Origin: a virus
Virus record (IMG/VR): IMGVR_UViG_3300021182_000043
Location: 1-42,275 of that record
Length of the DNA stretch: 42,275 nt
Direction: 5' to 3' (one strand)
In this document: positions 17,019-24,260 of the stretch, piece after piece
Layout: each line of letters begins with the position of its first letter
How positions within the stretch are numbered: position 1 is the stretch's first letter
The notes under the pieces: generated by a model
Databases searched by the model: none
The model's input: the letters and a program-made list of their open reading frames with translations, nothing else
Told to the model about the DNA's origin: nothing
Translations under genes and position numbers: made by a program

Positions 17019-17399
17019 ATGGAAAAGCACACCGCAAAGATTGGGGGGAAGGATTACAACCTTCCCCCCTGGAACGCAGGACAATTCCGCCGTTTGGTGG
17101 ACCCCATCCTGGAAGAGACCAAGGAGATTCTGGACCGGCTCGAAACCATCAAGGAGGGTGCCGAACCTGATGGGCAGACCATGCTGGCCTTGACCATCAG
17201 CAAGCGGCAGATTGATGTGAAGCACACCGAGCTGGTTCTGGAAGCTCTGAAGAACGAATATCCGCACATGAGCATGGTGGAGCTGGAAACGCTGACCCCA
17301 ACCCGCATCACCCAGCTTTTCAACGAAATCCTGCTCATCACCACCTCCGGGACGAATGAACCGGGGGAAGTGAAGCCCCCCAGGAAGCAAAAACCCTAA
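17019..17399 (+). CDS. tail assembly chaperone (G-like, 126 aa)
   Basis: Position directly before the tape measure. Acidic, helical protein. The -1 frame is open across its 3' end. Confidence 0.7.
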   Translation: MEKHTAKIGGKDYNLPPWNAGQFRRLVDPILEETKEILDRLETIKEGAEPDGQTMLALTISKRQIDVKHTELVLEALKNEYPHMSMVELETLTPTRITQLFNEILLITTSGTNEPGEVKPPRKQKP

Positions 17400-17620
17400 G
17401 CTGGGGGGCCATCTGGGGGCTCTTGATCACCGGCACCGGCTGGACACTTCGAGAGCTAGAATCGACACCCTGGCCGGACTGTCTGGAGCTGATGAGCTAC
17501 TGGAAACACCACCCACCAGTTCACGTTTTGGTCAGGGGGTTCTTCGAGATTGAAGATGACGAGCCCGGAAACATTCCTACCGAGGATGAGCTGGAAGCCG
17601 GGATTCGAGATTTTCAATGA
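17360..17620 (+). other. -1 frame extension of the chaperone (G-T type programmed frameshift product)
   Basis: The -1 frame relative to 17019..17399 is open from 17360 (after TGA 17357-17359) to the stop at 17618-17620. The 37-nt overlap holds the runs ccGGGGGaa (17363-17367), CCCCCC (17376-17381) and AAAAA (17389-17393). Confidence 0.55.
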
Positions 17621-17628
17621 GGTGAACC

Positions 17629-19929
17629 ATGGCAGACAACCCAGAGCCCATTGAAGTAAGCATTATCGCCAAGATCCAGGGCCTGCTCGATGGACTCGGG
17701 CAGGCCACTTCTGGCGTCAAGCACAGCACCGAGGAAATGCAGGGTGCTTTCAAGGGGCTGGGCGCGACCATCGAGAACCTCAAGACCCCCTTCATCGCCA
17801 TCACGGCGCTGCTGGCCGGTGGTGCGCTTTTCAAGGAGGCCATCAATGGGACGGTGGAGTGGGCCCTGGAGGCGAACAAGCTCTCGAAGGTGCTGAACAC
17901 CAGCGTGCAGGATGCTTCCACTTGGGCCGTGGCCCTGCATACGCTCGGGATTCCTGCCGACTCTCTGGCGGGGATCATCGCCCGCCTACAGACCCGTGTG
18001 ACCGCAAGCTCCGATGCCTTCAAAAAGTGGGGGGTAGAGACCAAGAACGCCGAGGGCGGGGCGCTGCCGATGGCCGAGGTCATCCAGGGCATGGCTACCA
18101 AATACCAGGGGCTGAACACTGACCAGGAAAAAAATGCGATGCTGCAGGAGCTGGCTGGACGAGGCTGGATCAACATGCTGCCGGTCATGCGCCTCACCAC
18201 CGAGCGCATGGAAGAGGCCCGGAAAGAAGCCGCTGAGCTTCATCTAGTTGTGGGCCCTGAAGGTGTCGCCAAGACCAGGGAATACCAAGAATCCATGCGG
18301 AAGCTGGGGCTGATCGCTCAGTCTCTCCAGATCCAGATTGGCGATGCCCTGCTGCCCTCTCTCACGCAGCTAGGGAAGTGGTTTGGCGAGGTTGGGCCTG
18401 GGCTGGCGATGGTCCTGAGCAACGCCATCAAGGGGATCGTGACAGCCTTCTTCACCCTGAAGTTCATCATCGAAATGACCGTTGCATGGATCACCGACTT
18501 TTTCGAGAAGGCGGTAAACGGATTCAAGACCGTGGGCGCGGTCATCGCAGCTGCTGTCAAGGGTGATTGGGAAGGCGTGAAGAGGGCCGCGATAGCTGGG
18601 GCCGAGGAGCATGAGCGCATCCAGCAGGAATCTGTAGCCATCACCAAAGACCTCTGGGAGACCCTCGGCGAAGACCTGGACAAGATTTGGAGCAACCAGG
18701 GCCCAGGCGCTGGGAAGCCGGTGGCCGATGCCCCGCCTCCTCCCGCCGCTGACAAGTCCCGCGTGGCCGAATGGCAGGCCGAGCTGGACAAGCAGAAGGC
18801 GATGCTGGCCCAGAATGAGGGCGACCTATCCCAGATGGCTGAGGCTGCAGAGCGTGACTTCTGGGCGAAGAAGCTGGCCCAGGCGAAAAAGGGGTCTGAT
18901 GAGTGGGTGGTGGTGCGCCTGAAGATGGCCGCGCTAGGTATTTCCATCGACAAAACCGAGAAGGATGAAATCGAGAAGATCCGCCAGGAGCTGGCTGATG
19001 ATGAGAAAAAGCGCGTGACAGAAGGCCTTGCGATGGCCAAGATTCGGGCCACCCAGAAGATCAACAATGCACGCGCTGAGCTTGCTTCCGAGAAGGAAAC
19101 CGCCGACAACCTCCTGGCTATGGGCCAGATCACCGCCGCTAAGCGGCTGGCGATGGATGTGGACTTCCGAAAGAAGGAGCTGGCGCTGGAAATTCAGGCG
19201 CTGACCGAGGAGCAGGGCCAAGAGGGGATGACCCTGGTGAAGTGGCAGGAACTTCAGGCCAAGAAGGTGGCCGCCAGCCAGAAGGCCGCCAACGACATCC
19301 AGAAGACCAACGATGCGATGCTCCAGGAGCAGCGGAACCGTTTCAATCAGTGGTTCGAAATGCTCACCAGCGGCTTCCAGAATGCTATCAGCGGGCTCGT
19401 GAAGGGGACGATGACATGGGGTCAGGCCCTCAAGAGCGTGCTGTCCAGCGCGCTGGATGGGGTGATCAACTTTTTCGTCCAGTGGGGCCTGAAAGAAGCG
19501 GAGACTTATCTGGCGGGCCTACTGCTCAAGAAAACCACCAACACGGCGGAGGTGCTCGGGTCCGCAAGCCTCTACGCCGTGAACGCCATGGCATCGGTCG
19601 CGGCCATCCCTGTGGTGGGCTGGTCCATGGCCCCTGGTGTAGGTGCTGCAGCTTTCGCAGAGGGGATGTCCTTTATGCCCAGTGCCGCTGGTGGATGGGA
19701 CAGCGTGCCCCGCGATACCTACGCCAAGATCCATGAGAAGGAAATGGTCCTGAGCGCCCCTATCTCGGAAGGCCTGCGGAACATCATCAGCACAGGCGGG
19801 GCCGGGGCGGTAGGGGATGTGCACGCCCACTTCCATGGGGTTGTGGATGCCAAGACTTTCTTCCAGAAGAATCAGGCAAGCATCGTGCGGACTCTCAGCG
19901 ATGCCGTTAAAAAGCGGAGGCACGGGTGA
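17629..19929 (+). CDS. tail tape measure protein (766 aa)
   Basis: Long helical Ala/Lys/Glu-rich protein with hydrophobic Gly/Ala segments near the C terminus. Canonical position. Confidence 0.9.
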   Translation: MADNPEPIEVSIIAKIQGLLDGLGQATSGVKHSTEEMQGAFKGLGATIENLKTPFIAITALLAGGALFKEAINGTVEWALEANKLSKVLNTSVQDASTWAVALHTLGIPADSLAGIIARLQTRVTASSDAFKKWGVETKNAEGGALPMAEVIQGMATKYQGLNTDQEKNAMLQELAGRGWINMLPVMRLTTERMEEARKEAAELHLVVGPEGVAKTREYQESMRKLGLIAQSLQIQIGDALLPSLTQLGKWFGEVGPGLAMVLSNAIKGIVTAFFTLKFIIEMTVAWITDFFEKAVNGFKTVGAVIAAAVKGDWEGVKRAAIAGAEEHERIQQESVAITKDLWETLGEDLDKIWSNQGPGAGKPVADAPPPPAADKSRVAEWQAELDKQKAMLAQNEGDLSQMAEAAERDFWAKKLAQAKKGSDEWVVVRLKMAALGISIDKTEKDEIEKIRQELADDEKKRVTEGLAMAKIRATQKINNARAELASEKETADNLLAMGQITAAKRLAMDVDFRKKELALEIQALTEEQGQEGMTLVKWQELQAKKVAASQKAANDIQKTNDAMLQEQRNRFNQWFEMLTSGFQNAISGLVKGTMTWGQALKSVLSSALDGVINFFVQWGLKEAETYLAGLLLKKTTNTAEVLGSASLYAVNAMASVAAIPVVGWSMAPGVGAAAFAEGMSFMPSAAGGWDSVPRDTYAKIHEKEMVLSAPISEGLRNIISTGGAGAVGDVHAHFHGVVDAKTFFQKNQASIVRTLSDAVKKRRHG

Positions 19930-20582
19930 GCACTCAGGTATTTCCCAGCACGCTCAAGGGTTTTGACATCAAAATCCTTCGGACCCCTGTCTATGCAACC
20001 ATGATCCAGGCCGCTGCCAGCGGGAAGGAATTGCGGGCATCCCTCCAGTCTTACCCCCGCTACAGATTCACCCTTCAGCTCAATTTTGCACGGCAGGCTG
20101 GCTACAGCACGAACACGCCATTTGACGAAGCCGGGACGATCACCCGGTTTTTCATGGCGCATATGGCCTGCTGGGATTCCTTTCTTCTGACCGACCCCTA
20201 CGGGTCCACTGTGACCGCCCAGCCTTTCGGGGTAGGAAATGCATCCACCGTGGCCTTCCAGCTCCAGAGGTGTGAGCCTGGGAACTGGTCCGGCCCTGCA
20301 TCCAACTACTGGCCGGCCACTGGAAGCGGATTCGAGCCCATCTTCGAAATGAACGGTGCGCCATCCATCTACGTCAACGGTGTGCTGAAGACGGTGGGCA
20401 CGGACTACACCATCAGCAACGGGCTGGTGACGTTCACGGTGGCCCCCGGGAATGGGCTTGTCCTGACCTGGACTGGCAGCTACTACAGGCGCTGCAGATT
20501 CGATGTGGATGAGCTTGAAATGGAACGGCTCTGCGGAGGGGCCTGGGCAGGCAATGCCATCAAATTGTTCAGCACAAAGTGA
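19926..20582 (+). CDS. distal tail protein, DUF2460 / TIGR02217-like (RcGTA g12-like), 218 aa, GTG start
   Basis: The N terminus STQVFPSTLKGFDIKILRTPVYATMIQAAASGKELRASLQSYPRYRFTLQ matches my memory of this family. GTGA coupling to the tape measure gene. Confidence 0.7.
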   Translation: MSTQVFPSTLKGFDIKILRTPVYATMIQAAASGKELRASLQSYPRYRFTLQLNFARQAGYSTNTPFDEAGTITRFFMAHMACWDSFLLTDPYGSTVTAQPFGVGNASTVAFQLQRCEPGNWSGPASNYWPATGSGFEPIFEMNGAPSIYVNGVLKTVGTDYTISNGLVTFTVAPGNGLVLTWTGSYYRRCRFDVDELEMERLCGGAWAGNAIKLFSTK

Positions 20583-20592
20583 GGACTTGAAG

Positions 20593-21459
20593 ATGAAATA
20601 TGCCAGCGGACCACTGATCGCCTATCTCAACTCTGGATCTGTTTTCCAGATGGCCCTGCTCTACACTATCACCCTGCTGGGCGGCGGGATTTACCGCTGG
20701 ACCTCCGCTGACATGGCGATCGTGTGCGGTGGTTTCACTTTCACCCCTTCCGTTGACCAGGGGGGGCAACCCCTGATCTACAGGGGGCCGGTCCGGATGG
20801 TGCGCGGCCTCGAGGTAGATACCCTGGACATCACCCTCTACACCGGGGACACCGCCCAGCTCCTGGGACAGAACCTCACGCTGGCCGCCCACAATGGGGC
20901 CTTTGATGGGGCGCGGGTCAAGGTAGAGCGATTGTTCATGCCCACCTGGGGGGATTCCAGCCTGGGCACGCTGGTGGAATTTGAGGGGGCTGTCGCGGGG
21001 GTGGACCCTGCTACGCAGCAGGTAGTCCTGCATGTCATGTCCGACCTCGAAAGGCTGCAGCTCCAGATGCCGCATGTGCTTTTCATGCCATCCTGCGCAA
21101 ATTCATTCGGGGATGCCGCCTGTGGGATCAACCTCGCTACCCTGACCGCCACCGGCACAGCGGGGGCCGCCACGGGCGCTGGGCAGGTCACAAACGTCAC
21201 GGGGCATGTGGATGGCTACTACAACCTCGGGGTGATTGCGATGACTTCTGGGGCCGCTGCAGGCTCACGACGGTCCGTTCGCTCTTACCTTTCGAGTGTG
21301 GTGGTCCCGGCGGTCCCCTTCCCCATCGCCCCAGCCTCCGGGGACGGGTTCAGCATTTACCCTGGGTGTCTGCGGACCCAGGCTGCCTGCGCGGCCAATT
21401 CCAACTCCAACCGCTTCCGGGGCTGTCCCTACGTGCCCATGCCGGAGACCACCCGATGA
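20593..21459 (+). CDS. tail hub protein, DUF2163 / BR0599 (TIGR02218)-like (RcGTA g13-like), 288 aa
   Basis: MKYASGPLIAYLNSG...YRWTSADMAIV at the N terminus, and CAANSNSNRFRGCPYVP at the C terminus. Confidence 0.7.
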   Translation: MKYASGPLIAYLNSGSVFQMALLYTITLLGGGIYRWTSADMAIVCGGFTFTPSVDQGGQPLIYRGPVRMVRGLEVDTLDITLYTGDTAQLLGQNLTLAAHNGAFDGARVKVERLFMPTWGDSSLGTLVEFEGAVAGVDPATQQVVLHVMSDLERLQLQMPHVLFMPSCANSFGDAACGINLATLTATGTAGAATGAGQVTNVTGHVDGYYNLGVIAMTSGAAAGSRRSVRSYLSSVVVPAVPFPIAPASGDGFSIYPGCLRTQAACAANSNSNRFRGCPYVPMPETTR

Positions 21460-21905
21460 ACACCGAGACCGAGAAGGCACAGAGGGCCTCCGTGGTGGCT
21501 GAGGCCCTTTCTTGGGTCGGGACGCCCTACCACCACCACGCACGGATCAAGGGGGCAGGGGTAGATTGCGGGATGGTCCTGGCGGAGATTTTCGAGCGGG
21601 CGGGCGTGATGCCTGCCGTGGACCCAGGAGACTACCCGGCAGACTGGATGTGCCATAGGAGCGAGGAGAGGTTCCTGGGCATCGTGGAGACCTATGCCCA
21701 CAAGATCGAAGGCCTGCCCAAGCCTGGAGACATCGCACTGTTCCAGTGGGGCAGGTGCATCAGCCACGGGGCCATCGTGATCGAGTGGCCCCAAATCCTC
21801 CACGCCTACAAAATAGCTGGCGGTGTGGTGCTTGATGATGCAGAACAGAACAAGGACTTGGAGCCCAGGCTGGCAGGGTTCTGGAGTCCGTGGGGGGAGA
21901 GCTGA
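21456..21905 (+). CDS. NlpC/P60-family cell wall peptidase (RcGTA g14-like), 149 aa
   Basis: WVGTPYHHHARIKGAGVDCGMV holds the catalytic Cys context. GRCISHGAIVIE holds the His. ATGA coupling to the upstream gene. Confidence 0.8.
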   Translation: MNTETEKAQRASVVAEALSWVGTPYHHHARIKGAGVDCGMVLAEIFERAGVMPAVDPGDYPADWMCHRSEERFLGIVETYAHKIEGLPKPGDIALFQWGRCISHGAIVIEWPQILHAYKIAGGVVLDDAEQNKDLEPRLAGFWSPWGES

Positions 21906-23968
21906 TGGGCGGTCTATTCGGAGGCGGGAAAACCACCAGCACCACGGACCAGATGCTGGCCAACATCCAACTACAAACCAGCAGCTACGGTGGATGCCTG
22001 CCCATCATCTACGGCACCACAAGGGTAGCTTCCAATCTGATTGATTATGATGACTTCACCTCGATTCCCCACACCACCAGCCAGCAGGTTGGGAAGGGCG
22101 GCGGCGGATCTACCCAGACCAGCACCACCTACACCTACACGGCGGGGGTCATCATGGCCCTCTGTGAGGGTCCGATAGCAGGGATAAATCAGGTCTGGAG
22201 GGATAAGGACATCGGGAGCCTCGCAGGATTCGGGTTCACGCTCCTTACCGGCACCCGCCCGCAGAGTCCCTGGGCCACTTGGACCTCAAAGCACCCCGCG
22301 AAGGCCCTGGGCTATTCCGGCATGGCCCTGGTCTGCCAAGCGGCCATTGACCTCGGGACTTCAGGAACCATGAAAAATCACAGCTTTGAGGTGACTGGAT
22401 TCCTGGGGACAGAGCAGGACCCGGCAGCACTCTCGGCCTATGATGCCAAGCCCGCCTCTGTGGTCGTGGACTTTCTCACCAACGTCTATTACGGGGCGAC
22501 CTGGAGCGCAGGGAAGATCAGCGATCTTGTCACCGGAGCCGCCAGCTATGCCACCTACTGCACCGCCTGCGGCTTCGCCATCAGCCCACTTTTCGATGCC
22601 CAGAAGCCTGCAGCAGAGCACATCCAGGACATCATGGATGCCACTAATGCCGAGGCGATTTGGACCGCAGGTGCCACGGGGATGACCCTGAAGGTGGTTC
22701 CCTATGGGGACACCCCTATCACGGCGAATGGGACTACCTACACCCCAAACACCACGCCCCTCTATGATCTGACCTATGACGATTTTCTGGGCGTGGTTGG
22801 CAAGGACGGGAAGCCCACGGGGAACGATGCCATCACGGTGAACCGCAGCAGCACTCAGGATGTCAAGAATACCATCCCCATTGAATATTGGGACAGGCTA
22901 AATGCCTACAACGTGAACGTGCTTCAGGACCCGGATGCGGCCGATGTCTCGATCAACGGGGCAAAGGTGGACGGGGCCATTTCCATGCACATGATCACCA
23001 GGGCCGCCCACGCCCTGCAGATCAGCAGGATTAAGGCACAGCGCAACGTCTATGTGAGGAACACCTACACCTTCCAGATCGGGTGGAAATACCTACTGCT
23101 GGAGCCCATGGACCTCGTGACCCTCACCGACCCGAAGCTGGGGCTGGACCACAAAATAGTCCGCATCGTGAGCATCGACATCCCTGAGGAGACAAGTGAA
23201 GAAGACGGGCTCACCATCGTGGCCGAGGAGTGGCCCTTCGGGACCGGCTCCGCCACGCTCTACACCACCCAGAACAGCGGCGGGACCGTCCCCAATGTGA
23301 ACGTGGCCCCTGGAAATGCCGTGGCCCCCGTGATCTTCGAACCGCCTGCATACATGGCCGCCTCGAAGGGGCCGGAAATCTGGCTAGGCACCAGCGGCAC
23401 GCCGAATCTTTGGGGCGGCTGTGAGGTGTGGGTCAGCTCTGATGGCGGATCCAGCTACAAGATGGTGGGCAGCATCAGCCTCCCGGCGCGGTTCGGAGTC
23501 ACCACGGCCATCCTCCCCTCCGGGTCCGATCCTGACACCACCAATACCCTCGCCGTGGACCTGACCTCCAGCTACGGAACCTTGAACGGGACCGATGTGA
23601 ACGGGCGGGATGCCTTTGCTACCGCCTGTCTCGTGGAAAATGAAATCGTTTCCTTCCAGACCCCCACCCTAACGGCAGCGAATAAATACAACCTTACCAG
23701 CCTGCGGCGTGGGGCCTACGGGTCCAGCATCGGGAGCCATGCCCTCGGTGTGAAGTTCATGCGGCTGGATGATGCGGTCTTCAAGATGCCCTATGATAAG
23801 AGCCTGCAGGGGAAAACCCTCTATATCAAACTGGTGAGCTTCAATGCATGGGGTGGCGGGAAACAGGACATCAGCACCCTCACCCCCTACACCTTCGTTC
23901 CTGCAGGGGTATCCTATCCACAGCCGACATCAGTAACCCTCCAGATTGGAACTACACCATTCATCTAA
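21905..23968 (+). CDS. host-specificity / central tail tip protein (gpJ-like, RcGTA g15-like), 687 aa
   Basis: The N terminus MGGLFGGGKTTSTTDQ...LPIIYGTTRV is typical of gpJ-like proteins. Size and position fit. Confidence 0.8.
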   Translation: MGGLFGGGKTTSTTDQMLANIQLQTSSYGGCLPIIYGTTRVASNLIDYDDFTSIPHTTSQQVGKGGGGSTQTSTTYTYTAGVIMALCEGPIAGINQVWRDKDIGSLAGFGFTLLTGTRPQSPWATWTSKHPAKALGYSGMALVCQAAIDLGTSGTMKNHSFEVTGFLGTEQDPAALSAYDAKPASVVVDFLTNVYYGATWSAGKISDLVTGAASYATYCTACGFAISPLFDAQKPAAEHIQDIMDATNAEAIWTAGATGMTLKVVPYGDTPITANGTTYTPNTTPLYDLTYDDFLGVVGKDGKPTGNDAITVNRSSTQDVKNTIPIEYWDRLNAYNVNVLQDPDAADVSINGAKVDGAISMHMITRAAHALQISRIKAQRNVYVRNTYTFQIGWKYLLLEPMDLVTLTDPKLGLDHKIVRIVSIDIPEETSEEDGLTIVAEEWPFGTGSATLYTTQNSGGTVPNVNVAPGNAVAPVIFEPPAYMAASKGPEIWLGTSGTPNLWGGCEVWVSSDGGSSYKMVGSISLPARFGVTTAILPSGSDPDTTNTLAVDLTSSYGTLNGTDVNGRDAFATACLVENEIVSFQTPTLTAANKYNLTSLRRGAYGSSIGSHALGVKFMRLDDAVFKMPYDKSLQGKTLYIKLVSFNAWGGGKQDISTLTPYTFVPAGVSYPQPTSVTLQIGTTPFI

Positions 23969-23978
23969 AGGCCACCCC

Positions 23979-24260
23979 ATGCGAATGATCGACACAGGTG
24001 ACGGGCTGGACGATAACGGAGGGAGCCCCCAGAGCCTGAAAAAGAATTACCTCTATGCCACCTGGGTCTGGCCAGCCAACTTTCCAGCTCCATCTGCCTT
24101 TGAGGTTGTTTTCTGCACCGGCACGGACCCTACGGTGACCAACAACTATCTGGTGCCAATTCAAGAGGCTCTTCCGACAGACCGAGGCCTTCAGATCGCC
24201 CTGCCCATCAAAACCACCATCACCGGGGTCAATGCTTTTGTGAGAGCTGTATATGCCTAA
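23979..24260 (+). CDS. hypothetical tail-associated protein (93 aa)
   Basis: Track ORF trimmed to ATG 23979, after the upstream stop at 23966-23968. Confidence 0.5.
   Translation: MRMIDTGDGLDDNGGSPQSLKKNYLYATWVWPANFPAPSAFEVVFCTGTDPTVTNNYLVPIQEALPTDRGLQIALPIKTTITGVNAFVRAVYA

Noticed and set aside
17423-17620. Track ORF 17423..17620 as an independent 65-aa gene starting at TTG.
   Set aside because: It has no Shine-Dalgarno site. It lies in the -1 frame of the chaperone gene, and that frame is open back to 17360. This fits the conserved G/G-T frameshift arrangement better than a separate gene.
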